Part shown: positions 32,897 to 42,200 of the stretch, one piece after another | How the letters are laid out: each line of letters opens with the position of its first letter | Position numbering within the stretch: the first letter of the stretch is position 1 | DNA from: an uncultured delta proteobacterium | GTDB lineage: Bacteria > Desulfobacterota > Binatia > UBA9968 | Direction of reading: 5' to 3' | Assembly: GCA_963745035.1 (NCBI GenBank) | Contig: CAVUVW010000012.1 | Location: 1 to 64,000, forward strand | DNA length: 64,000 bases | Notes under the pieces: generated by a model | Databases searched by the model: none | The model's input: only the letters and a program-made list of their open reading frames with translations | What the model was told of the DNA's origin: nothing | Translations under genes and position numbers: made by a program

Positions 32897-35697
32897 CTAG
32901 TGCGAAGACAAGGCGCGAATTTCCTGCGACATCCTGCGGAGAAATCTCACCCTGTGCTCGCGTTCGACGATTTCGTGACTGACGAGCTGGGTCAACTCCC
33001 AGATCCGCGCCATCGGAAAAGTCTCCATGGATTCACCGAGCGCCACCACTCGGTCGTTTACTATCCCAGATGATTTGGGACCGAGCGGGTCGCTCAGCTC
33101 GGCGGCCATCCGATCCAAAAATGGGCGTGGCACGACGCCGCTCGGCGCGCCCGCGCCATTGCCCCGGCGGGACGATGGCGCGCTTCCTTCCTCACGGTGT
33201 TGCTTAAATCCCAGGTCTCCCATCAAGTGATCGAGATCATCGACCTTGCCGATGACCTCGTCGTCTTTCGCCCCGCTGAACGCCCAGCTATCTTCGCCGT
33301 GGTGTCGATTCCGATTCCCATTCTCCTGCAGCTCTTCCTGCATGGAGGCATAGTAAGTCGGATAGTACGACCGGTAGTCGACGTAGTCGGGATTGCGAAT
33401 ATCCACACCGTTCAGCACCACGCCCAATAGCGTCGCGTTGATACTGTCGAGCCGCTCCACCGCCTGGCGCGCCGCCTGGGCCGTGGTTTTCTGGCCGTGA
33501 AAAACCATGAGTACGCCATCGCAGAACGCCGAGACGACGGCGGCATCGCTCACCGCGATCGCCGGCGGTGAATCGATCAACACGAAATCGAAAGAGTTGC
33601 GCAGGTCGTTCAGTACCTCCTGCATTTTGCGGGACATCAAGAGATCCGCCGGGTTAGGCGGCAATACGCCGCGCGGCAGCAGGTAGAAATTTTTTATCGA
33701 GGTCTCTTTCATGGCGCTGCGCAGCGCGGTTTGGCCGGCGAGGACGTTGGCGAGACCGCTCTGGTTCGGCATATTGACCAACTTATGGCACCGCCCCTTG
33801 CGCAGGTCGGCATCGACGACCACCACGCTTTGACCGCTTTGGGCCAACGCGGCGCCGAGATTGACCGTCGTCACGGTTTTGCCTTCCCCAGCGGAAGGAC
33901 TCGTGAGCAAGATCACTTTGGGCGGATGCTCGGCCTTGGATAGCATCAGCGCCGTACGAATGGTCCGATACGATTCCGCGGTGAGCGAGAGCTGATCGCG
34001 CGCCATCACCAGCTCCTTCGGCATGTTATCGCTCGAACCGGCGGAAGATTCCAAATATTTGGGGACCGGGCGCTGCAGCCGGTCCGGACCGGTACTTTCC
34101 CGGCAGCGATTTCAGATGGGGCACGACACCGAGAGTCGTGAGCGATACGGCGGCCCAAACGTTTTGTGGCGTATTGACCGTGGAATCCATGTATTCCAGG
34201 AAAAAACCCACCGCCAGGGCCAAGATAAACCCGAGGATCGCCGACAGCGCCATGTTGCGCGTCCAATTGGGCGATGACGGCAGCGGTCGGCAGCTCGGCC
34301 CGCTGCATGATTTGCATATTCGAAGCCGCGAGATCATTGGCGACATTGGTCTCATGCAGGCGCTTCAGGACGTTTTCATACAGGCCGCGGTTGACCACGA
34401 CCTCTTCGTTGAGCACGGCGTAATCGACCCCCACCTCCTTGAGGCTGAGCGCGGTGGACTGCTGGCTCTTGGCTTCTTTTTCGAGCGACTCTTCGCGCGC
34501 CCGCGCCGCCGCATAGGACGATTCGATGCCGCGCACGATATTGCTAATTTCGGCGCGCAGGCCCCGGCGCGCTTCGATGATCTGCTGGTTGATTTCCTGG
34601 ACGCGCGGATGCTCGGCGGTGAAAATGCTGAGTAGCCGGCCCTTATCCGTCTCCAGGGTGGCGAGATTGCCTTTGATCTGCTGGATCAGCGGATTGCTCA
34701 ACACCTGGCTGAGATAGTCGGTGTCTTTGCTGCGCGTCATCTGGTAGAGCGACTCGGCTTCGATGCGGTCGGATCTGGCTTTGGTGAGCACCCGATTGAG
34801 CTCCACCAGCCGCTCGACGGCGATGTTTTCCCCTTTGTCGAACGACACGACGCCGTGCTGCTGGCGAAATGCGTTGAGCTTTTGCTCCGCCGTCTGGACT
34901 TTTTCCCGCAGCTCGGCAAGTCTGGCGCTCAGAAAGTCTTTGGCTTCCTTGGTGAGACTGAACCGATTTTCCAAAATCATCTGGATAAAAGCGGCGGCAT
35001 GGCCGTTGGCCAGATCCTGCGACAGCTTGGCGTCGGGGGTGGAGAAACTTACTTCCACCAGGCGGGTGTTGCGCACCGGCTCGACCTTCAAAAAGCGCGA
35101 ATAACGGCCCACCCAGCCCGGGCTGACTCCAAGCTCGTAGGTCGGGGCGCGCCGAGTCGGTGGCGTTTTGGTCTCGCCGCTCAGCCAGTCGAAGCCGCTC
35201 TGGATATAATTGAGGCCGGCGCCGATCAGATTGGACACCGACTTGAGCAGACTCGGACCATCCGCCTTGCCGGTGAACGCCGGGTTGTCCTCCAGCTTCA
35301 AGTCCCTGATCACGCGCGCGCGCAACGGCTCGCTTTTGAGCAAAGCGAATTGCGTCTGATAGTAATCGTACGGCCCGATGTTGTACTGCCCGGGCATTCC
35401 TTGGGCTACGCCGGGAACCCCGGTGACGCTGGGATTTTGCGGCTCGATCTGCAAGGTCGAGCGCGCCGTATAGAGCGTCGGCGATGCAAGTGTAATGATT
35501 GCGCCGATGATCATCACATCGATAAAAACCGCCGCCATCGGCCGGATGCGCTTGAGCAGGATCTTCCAGTAGTGGCGTAGGTGGGTTTGTTCCCCTTGAT
35601 CGGAGTAGTAATAAACCACCTCATCCGCCGGCGGCGCCGATCGGGTCGTTCCCCTTCCCGCCAGGGCATCTGAGTATTGTCGCGTGAGTTCGTTCAT
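32897..35697 (-). CDS. wzc: Wzc-like polysaccharide co-polymerase/BY tyrosine kinase (frameshifts near 34260 and 34050) with C-terminal extension
   Basis: Periplasmic coiled-coil domain (EHPRV, YENVLKRL), AESYRTIRT, Walker A SPSAGEGKT, DADLRK, DSPP, Tyr cluster DYVDYRSYYPTYY. Confidence 0.88.
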
Positions 35698-35722
35698 GGA
35701 TCTACCTTACAGCCAGCGTTCA

Positions 35723-36760
35723 TTATCTAAACGATGTAACCGAACCTCCCGAGATGATCGTGCCGACGAAACGCCTGACGAAATATTTAAACCCGCTCAT
35801 CGGCACCAGAAGGACGTCGTCGGGCATCACTTGAGGATCTTTTGCCTTCCCCGCCAAGACAGCATCGAGATCTACCGAAATCGTATTGATTTGGCCGCCG
35901 GCCGCACGCCGGTTGATGGTGACCGCCGAGTAATCCGCCAGGTCCATGATGGCCCCGCCGGCGGTGGCAAGTGCTTGGCTCAACGTGTAGTTGCGCCCAA
36001 GCGGGTACGACCCCGGCTTGCCCACCGCGCCGTCGACGAAAAACATGCCGGACTGAGGCACATTCACCACATCGCCCGCCTGCACCACCATGTTGACCGC
36101 CTGGGTATTGTCCGCGATCACACCGGTGTTGTTGGCGAGCATCATGAGATCGACGATCAAAGTTTGCCGCTCGCCTTTTTCATCCTGGCGATACACATGG
36201 ACTTGATTGCCGGCGCGCTCGGTTACCCCGCCGGCGAGCGCCAGCATATCGATCACCGTCTTGGGGCCGCTCAGCTCGAATACGCCAGGCTTTTGCACCG
36301 CGCCCATGACGGAAGCCCGCTGGCGGTACTCCGTCACCATCACGCCGACCTGGGGGTTGCGGATGTATTTGGTGTAGCGCTTGCTCAGCTCTTCCTGAAC
36401 TTGCGCGATGGTTTTCCCTTTGACATTGACTTCACCGACCAGAGGCACGACGACGACGCCTTCGTGACTTACCCGAAGCATAACCATGCGGGGAGTTGCG
36501 CGGGCCTCCTGCTCGGGAATGTTATAGATGGTCACCTGGATCAGATCCTCGGGACCGATGCGATAATCCATCGTCGAATTGCTGGATTGCGCGGCCGACA
36601 GCGCTAACGCCTTGTTGATTTCGTTCGCAGCGGAAGTGGAATCGCCTGGCCCCGGCGGAGTGCCGGCCGGCGGCGGTTGTTGGCCGACCCCGCCGCATCC
36701 CAGTGCCAATGCGATCATCACAGCGCACAGTGCCGCAATTTCTTTTTTCTGGATTCTCAT
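35723..36760 (-). CDS. wza: Wza-like polysaccharide export lipoprotein (Poly_export + SLBB)
   Basis: Lipobox LALGC, DYRIGPEDLI, PLVGEV, GAVQKPG, LALAGG SLBB repeats. Confidence 0.88.
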   Translation of the reverse strand: MRIQKKEIAALCAVMIALALGCGGVGQQPPPAGTPPGPGDSTSAANEINKALALSAAQSSNSTMDYRIGPEDLIQVTIYNIPEQEARATPRMVMLRVSHEGVVVVPLVGEVNVKGKTIAQVQEELSKRYTKYIRNPQVGVMVTEYRQRASVMGAVQKPGVFELSGPKTVIDMLALAGGVTERAGNQVHVYRQDEKGERQTLIVDLMMLANNTGVIADNTQAVNMVVQAGDVVNVPQSGMFFVDGAVGKPGSYPLGRNYTLSQALATAGGAIMDLADYSAVTINRRAAGGQINTISVDLDAVLAGKAKDPQVMPDDVLLVPMSGFKYFVRRFVGTIISGGSVTSFR

Positions 36761-36879
36761 AACTGCTCCACGAGCCAAGCTATGCCGAAGACATAGCTCC
36801 GCCCATCGGGTACTTTCCCTATCCAACCAAACCGAAAGCATTGAGCCACGCGACGACCAGCTCGCGGGAAAAATCACTT

Positions 36880-37410
36880 CTACGCCGCTGGCGCGGCCAT
36901 CGCTGGCGCTATGGCAACCGACTGATTGCGGATAAACTCAACGTTGAGCTTGACGCTGATCTGTCGGCTTAAAAGTTTTAACAAAACCCGCACCCGCCCG
37001 TTTGCATTGGGCGGGTTCTCGATAATCCCTATAAAACCATTGAACGGACCACCGCTGATTTCCACCTGCTGTCCAGTACTTAAGCGTGATTGGGCGCGGA
37101 TGATTCCCGCCGCGTCCGCGCGCTCTCTGAGGAAGCTCACGACACTCTCATCAACGGGGATCGGCGTGTCGCTGCAACTGACAATTCTTTTAACTCCAGG
37201 CGACCACGTCACGTAATGAGCTTCAGAAGAAAGATCCAACCGCACAAACAAATAATTCGGAAACAATGGTGCGATAGCGCGCTTTGCCGCACTCCGTCCG
37301 GGAAGCTGAAGACGAGGAAAAAAACATTCTATTCCCTTCAAGCCCAAGTGCAATTGCACTTGCTCCTCTTTGCGCGACTTACTGTAAATTACGTACCACT
37401 CGCGATGCAT
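36880..37410 (-). CDS. NusG paralog (RfaH/UpxY-type antiterminator)
   Basis: WYVIYSKSRKE, PLFPNYLFVR, PGVKRIV, KOW motif GQQVEISGGPFNGFIG. First gene of the EPS operon. Confidence 0.9.
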   Translation of the reverse strand: MHREWYVIYSKSRKEEQVQLHLGLKGIECFFPRLQLPGRSAAKRAIAPLFPNYLFVRLDLSSEAHYVTWSPGVKRIVSCSDTPIPVDESVVSFLRERADAAGIIRAQSRLSTGQQVEISGGPFNGFIGIIENPPNANGRVRVLLKLLSRQISVKLNVEFIRNQSVAIAPAMAAPAA

Positions 37411-37438
37411 ACTCAGGCCTTTAAGCACTGTACATAAC

Positions 37439-37453
37439 GCAAGCAAGGTGCCA
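37439..37453 (-). promoter_or_regulatory. sigma54 promoter of the EPS operon
   Basis: Minus strand TGGCAC-CTTGC-TTGC, about 30 nt upstream of the ATG at 37410. Confidence 0.8.
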
Positions 37454-38003
37454 CGGTCCGATTAAAAAAGTTTGTCACTAAACTGCGAGTTAATAACAAC
37501 GCAACGCAATGATGTCAGCGAAGCTTGAGCGAGTGCTCGAAAGTGCTTGGCAGTGAGTCGGCCACAACTGGCCTATTTACTCTGAATCGCAGGGGAAAGT
37601 AGAAGAGCATTCAAGCCGCTCCGCAACCGACTTTCTTTCGGCCACATCTGGCGGATTCGTCAGAGTTGGCTCATGCGCTTGGAAAAATACTTTAAACCTT
37701 AACAAAAAGTTTTTGCTGGCGCTCTCTCACCCGGCGGACGAGGCCTGTTTTTTCTTCGTATAATGTTGAAACACAAGAAAATGTCGGGAGAACGCCTACG
37801 AAAAAATCAGACACTCGACTGATATCCCGGCGGAGTTCTGAGGGAATTTTCCAGCAGCTTCAACCGCGACAGCACGAGTGAAGAATTTTTCTATTTGCGC
37901 GCTGTCTCACTTTCGCGACAAAAATATTTATTTAGTCGCTTAATTGAGACGGTATCGGGATCGGCAACGACACGATTGCGCTGACTTCGGTGAAAATCAT
38001 GAA

Positions 38004-38019
38004 CGGTATTGATTTTGCT
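38004..38019 (+). promoter_or_regulatory. sigma54 promoter candidate
   Basis: CGGTAT-TGATT-TTGCT. A TGTC-N10-GACA palindrome at 37903-37920 is a possible enhancer. Confidence 0.6.
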
Positions 38020-38157
38020 CACTCTTTTAGCACCGTTCATAAATTCTCCAGTCGGGCTTTAGTGTTTAGACTCCGTGCGACTCCGTCTCGCAGCGAAAGT
38101 AATGTAATAGGTTTATTTTAATTTCGGTACGGGTAATAAAATAAAACAGAGGAGACC

Positions 38158-38418
38158 ATGCAGGTGAATGTGCTAACCCGGTTGGAAAATCGACGAGACA
38201 ACGTCCTGAGAACGCTCGAACACATTCGCGCGCAGCAGCTTGAGGTCGATGCCAATACCGAATGGAAAGACCTTTGCGCTCAACGGCGGCGCAGCGAGCT
38301 GCTCGCGGAATTGTTCGGCTGGTACAACGGCAAACTCGAGCGCATCGACCATGCGCTCGGGCGAATCACTTCGGAGCGGACGGCAAGAACGGGGCAGCGC
38401 GCGCGCCCATCCGCTTGA
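38158..38418 (+). CDS. Small coiled-coil protein, DksA/TraR N-terminal-like without Zn finger
   Basis: RBS GAGGAG. KLERIDHALGRI resembles the LxxIxxALxRI motif that precedes the DksA Zn finger. Confidence 0.55.
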   Translation: MQVNVLTRLENRRDNVLRTLEHIRAQQLEVDANTEWKDLCAQRRRSELLAELFGWYNGKLERIDHALGRITSERTARTGQRARPSA

Positions 38419-38569
38419 AAAGGAATGGTCCCGCACGCGGCGCTGAGCTAAACCGAAGCGCTTTCTTCTTCGGCGATTACGATCGTGTGGCAGGAGCCGA
38501 GCCGTTTACAGGGAACGGTTCCGCGCCGCGATCCATGGGATTCGCGCGCTACTATATTCCTCTATTTGT

Positions 38570-38797
38570 TTACTCCTCGATCGCCGCTTTTATGAAATAG
38601 AAGCTCGTCGTATTTACAACGGTCTCTTTCTCTTCTTTCTTAATTTTCACAAGCGGTCCCGAGGCTCCGATGACGGTGCCCCGATGGATTGTCTCACTGC
38701 CGCCGTCCGGATAGCCGATCACAACGGTGACCGTCTGTCCCATCGATAGTAGCGCGCCGGTGTCGCCGCCGGCCCCATTCTTCTTTCTAGTCGCCAT
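38570..38797 (-). CDS. Hypothetical small beta-rich protein
   Basis: 75 aa ORF with RBS GAAGGAG. Confidence 0.6.
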   Translation of the reverse strand: MATRKKNGAGGDTGALLSMGQTVTVVIGYPDGGSETIHRGTVIGASGPLVKIKKEEKETVVNTTSFYFIKAAIEE

Positions 38798-38996
38798 GGT
38801 TGCTCCTTCAGAATTCGAAGATTCCCTTCGCGGCGCGCATCCGCCGATCTCATTCCTTTCGATACACTGGGAAGGGATTACAGGAACTTGTGCCGGAAAT
38901 GATACCGCCTCTTCGATTGCAATTTTTGAAATGGTATCGATGCAATCCTCGCGCCTGCTGCCGCGAAAAAGCGCGGGCCGACGTGCAGGCGCTTCG

Positions 38997-39011
38997 TGGC
39001 ATAACGGTTGC
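38997..39011 (+). promoter_or_regulatory. sigma54 promoter candidate (CBS gene)
   Basis: TGGCAT-AACGG-TTGC. Confidence 0.72.
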
Positions 39012-39114
39012 GTTTAACGGTCAACATATCCCGCACCGCGCTCGCGCCTTAGAAATTTGTTTAGCAACTAACGAGCGCTATTTATCTTCTTTTATTTTTA
39101 TAAGGAGCCCAAGT

Positions 39115-39546
39115 ATGGAATTGAGAGAGGTCATGACCCGCGACGTCGAAGTCGTCGCCAGCGACGCGCCGCTCAGGGACGCAGCTTCAAAAATGAAACA
39201 GCTGGACATCGGCATGATTCCGGTTTGCGACGGCGACCGCCTGCGCGGCATGCTGAGCGATCGCGACATCACGGTGCGCGCGACCGCCGAGGGGAAAGAT
39301 CCGACCAAGACCAAAGTCTCGGAGATCATGTCCACGGAAATCGTCTATTGTCTGGAAGATCAAGAGGTCGAAGAAGCGGTGAGCTTGATGGAAGCGCGAC
39401 AGATTCGCCGTCTGCCGGTATTGAATCAGGACAAGCGCCTCGTGGGTATCGTGAGCCTCGGGGACATTGCAGTCCACGTCGGCGACCGCGAGCTCGCGGG
39501 CGAAACGCTTCAGGAAATTTCCACGCCGTCCGAGCCCAAGCGCTGA
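39115..39546 (+). CDS. Stand-alone CBS-pair protein
   Basis: EVMTRDV, IGMIPV, GMLSDRDI, QIRRLPV, LVGIVSLGDI. RBS TAAGGAG. Confidence 0.92.
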   Translation: MELREVMTRDVEVVASDAPLRDAASKMKQLDIGMIPVCDGDRLRGMLSDRDITVRATAEGKDPTKTKVSEIMSTEIVYCLEDQEVEEAVSLMEARQIRRLPVLNQDKRLVGIVSLGDIAVHVGDRELAGETLQEISTPSEPKR

Positions 39547-39745
39547 CTGGCGTGGGGTGCACCGCGATTCGCGTGGGCGCGAGCGCACTAGGTCGCCCTT
39601 CACTCTCCGCGTAACCATAGAAAAATCAGTTTAGAATCGTCTGGGCCGAGCACGTCGCCAAACCAACTATGGACCGTCTGATCATCCTCCGCCGGCCAAA
39701 CGCAAGGACGGGAATCGTCGTTGGCGGCGATCGCCGGGGAGTTCC

Positions 39746-41032
39746 ATGAAGAATCGATCTCGATCGATACTTGCGCGCCTCGCAGGGCCCGCGCTCTTCG
39801 GAGGCGCGGCCGCGGCTACTGCCGTGCTGGTCGCGCGCGCCAGACGGCGCATCGATTTCGCTGGCAAGATTGTGGTGATTTCCGGCGCGTCGCGCGGTTT
39901 GGGCCTGGAGCTGGCGCGCGCCTTCGGCGCGGAGGGCGCAAACCTCGTCCTGCTGGCGCGTGACGAGCGCAACCTGGCGCAATCGGCGGACGAGCTACGC
40001 CGGCGCGGCGTCCGCGTGACCACGGTCGTCTGCGACGTTAGCGAGCACCGCCAAGTGCGCGATGCCGTGGCCTCGATCATCGCCGACGCTGGCCGGATCG
40101 ACGTGCTGGTCAACAACGCCGGGACAATCCAAGTTGGACCGGTCGAGAACATGGGTGTTGACGATTATGAAAGCGCCCTCCGCGTTCATTTCTGGGGTCC
40201 GCTCTATCTGATGCGCGAAATCACGCCGCATATGAAAGCTCGCGGCCAGGGCCGGATCGTCAACATTGCCTCCATCGGCGGCAAGGTCGCGGTGCCGCAT
40301 CTGCTGCCCTACGCGGCGAGCAAGTTCGCCTTAGTCGGCCTTTCCGAAGGCATGCGCGCGGAGCTGCTGAAAGACGGTATTTACGTCACCACGGTGTGTC
40401 CGGGACTGATGCGCACCGGCTCTCATTTTAACGCTTACTTCAAAGGGCAGCATAAAAAGGAATATGCACTATTCGCCATCGCCAACGCTTCGCCGCTGCT
40501 TTCCACCGCCGCCGACGCGGCGGCGCGGCGCATCATCGAAGCCTGCCGCTACGGCCGGGCCGAGATCGTGATCACTCCCCAGGCCCGCCTGCTGAGCTTG
40601 GCGAACGGCTTGTTCCCGAACCTCATGGCTGAAACTCTGGCGCTGGTCAATCAAGCGTTGCCCAAAACCCGCGGCCCGTCCGGCGACACGCTGCGGCGCG
40701 GCATGGAAAGCCGTTCACCGATTGCCCATTCCGCGCTCACCCGTCTGGCGGACCGCGCCGCTGAACGCAACAATGAGCTTGCTCCGGCGGACGGAAACGC
40801 AGTCGAGAACGACAACCGCCGATCGACCGAGGAGGCCGCGCCCTCGGGGACGCTGTGCGCATGCACCCATCCGACGCATTTTCTTGGGCGATGCCGCACC
40901 GAAGTTTCGCGGCCGGAGCACATTTGCGCGCGCCTGCATGGAGAATCATTTTCACCGGAGCGACGATCCGGCGATCTGAACCGCGAGCGTGAGCACGCTT
41001 TTGATGCAAACAAGTCGCAGCGCAAAGGCTAA
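39746..41032 (+). CDS. SDR oxidoreductase with Cys/His-rich tail (true stop may be 40979)
   Basis: SGASRGLG, VNNAG, YAASK catalytic motif. Confidence 0.9.
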   Translation: MKNRSRSILARLAGPALFGGAAAATAVLVARARRRIDFAGKIVVISGASRGLGLELARAFGAEGANLVLLARDERNLAQSADELRRRGVRVTTVVCDVSEHRQVRDAVASIIADAGRIDVLVNNAGTIQVGPVENMGVDDYESALRVHFWGPLYLMREITPHMKARGQGRIVNIASIGGKVAVPHLLPYAASKFALVGLSEGMRAELLKDGIYVTTVCPGLMRTGSHFNAYFKGQHKKEYALFAIANASPLLSTAADAAARRIIEACRYGRAEIVITPQARLLSLANGLFPNLMAETLALVNQALPKTRGPSGDTLRRGMESRSPIAHSALTRLADRAAERNNELAPADGNAVENDNRRSTEEAAPSGTLCACTHPTHFLGRCRTEVSRPEHICARLHGESFSPERRSGDLNREREHAFDANKSQRKG

Positions 41033-41069
41033 CGAAGCCAGCATTGTATCAAGTGAAAGGGGAAAGAGT

Positions 41070-41501
41070 ATGAACGCGTTGGAGCTATTGAAGCAAGATC
41101 ATCAGCGCATCTCGGATCTGTTCGCCGACGCCAGAACCTACACCGACATGAGACGCCTTTTCGACAGCATCAAAAGCGAGCTCGAGACCCACGCCCATAT
41201 GGAAGAGTCGATCTTCTATCCGGAGTATCAGCGGCAGGAGATCTTGAAAGATCTTGTGGAGGACGCCAAGACTCAGCATGGCTTGATCAAAGAATTGCTA
41301 CGCGATCTGGAAAGCCAGGATGGGCCCGAATTCGAGAATACCTTTCAGACCCTGATGGCCGAGGTTCAACTGCATTTCACAGCGGAGGAGAACGAGATTT
41401 TCCCTCACGTGCGGAGCTTGGTCGACGGCCCCGATTTGGGCGAGCTCGGTGAAGAACTGGAAACCGATAAGCTCGAATATCAACTGGTGCACGGGTCCTG
41501 A
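41070..41501 (+). CDS. Hemerythrin/HHE cation-binding protein
   Basis: LLKQDH, HAHMEESIFYP, QH, HFTAEENEIFP. Confidence 0.88.
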   Translation: MNALELLKQDHQRISDLFADARTYTDMRRLFDSIKSELETHAHMEESIFYPEYQRQEILKDLVEDAKTQHGLIKELLRDLESQDGPEFENTFQTLMAEVQLHFTAEENEIFPHVRSLVDGPDLGELGEELETDKLEYQLVHGS

Positions 41502-41530
41502 CCATTCGGCATTAGCAGGCGCGCGAGAAC

Positions 41531-41598
41531 CGTGATCGTGTTCGTGAAAACGTGACCGAGGAAACCGCACGAGCACGAACACGCTACACGAACACGAA
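41531..41598. repeat. Hexamer-periodic inverted repeat (CGTGNN...CACGAN)
   Basis: cgtgat-cgtgtt-cgtgaa...cacgag-cacgaa-cacgct-acacgaa-cacgaa. Confidence 0.6.
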
Positions 41599-41620
41599 TT
41601 CGGAGCGAGGCGATCGAGCG

Positions 41621-41656
41621 CAACGAGCAGGTGGGCCTTTTTCAACAGCCTGTTAG
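41621..41656. repeat. MITE/REP-like end (GGGCCTTTTTCAACAGCCTGTTAG)
   Basis: Resembles the TTTTTCA(A/G)CA(A/G)CCTG terminal motif; related to the element end at 43881-43895. Confidence 0.45.
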
Positions 41657-41665
41657 AGGTGATCC

Positions 41666-42169
41666 ATGGCGAAACCGAAGAGAGACTCAAAACCGCAGCG
41701 GCAAAAAAAACACCCGGAAAATCGCCGGGAGCAAGGGCTTCGTTCCGCCGCAGATATAAAGGAGCTCACCGAGCGCCTCGCTGACTTTAGCGCCGACGAA
41801 TTGGCCCAAATCCCCATCATCGCCGTCGACCAGCGGCTGCGCCAGGGCGCTGTCTATCTCGACCTGCGCGACCCCGCGGCCGAGCCGATTACGGCAACCG
41901 GCGACATGACGGCGACCAAAGATAATCTTTACGCCGCAAAAGCGGAGATGCCGCGCGAATATTGGAATCGCCTGGTCGACGCGCGCCGCGCTTCGAGCCA
42001 ATCCGGGCAAGAAACCGACGGTGAGATTTCTGACGAGACCGTCGATCAAACACTGGAAGACTCATTTCCGACAAGCGATCCTCCCGCCTGGACCACCGGC
42101 CGCGAGCGGCCAGATCCGGACGCGCCGCAAGCGCCGCGCGAAAAGAGAGCGGCGCCAAGGAAAAAATAG
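41666..42169 (+). CDS. Hypothetical protein with SFPxSDPPAWT motif
   Basis: LRQGAVYLDL...YWNRL plus VDQTLEDSFPTSDPPAWT. Confidence 0.7.
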   Translation: MAKPKRDSKPQRQKKHPENRREQGLRSAADIKELTERLADFSADELAQIPIIAVDQRLRQGAVYLDLRDPAAEPITATGDMTATKDNLYAAKAEMPREYWNRLVDARRASSQSGQETDGEISDETVDQTLEDSFPTSDPPAWTTGRERPDPDAPQAPREKRAAPRKK

Positions 42170-42200
42170 CGAGCAACTCGCCGCCCGCCTTGCCGACGTT

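Noticed and set aside
1811-35697. Mass pseudogenisation or programmed frameshifting of the EPS locus
   Set aside because: Breaks are scattered 1-2 nt indels, often in homopolymer or dinucleotide runs, with motifs otherwise intact. This fits long-read error better. Read polishing would decide.
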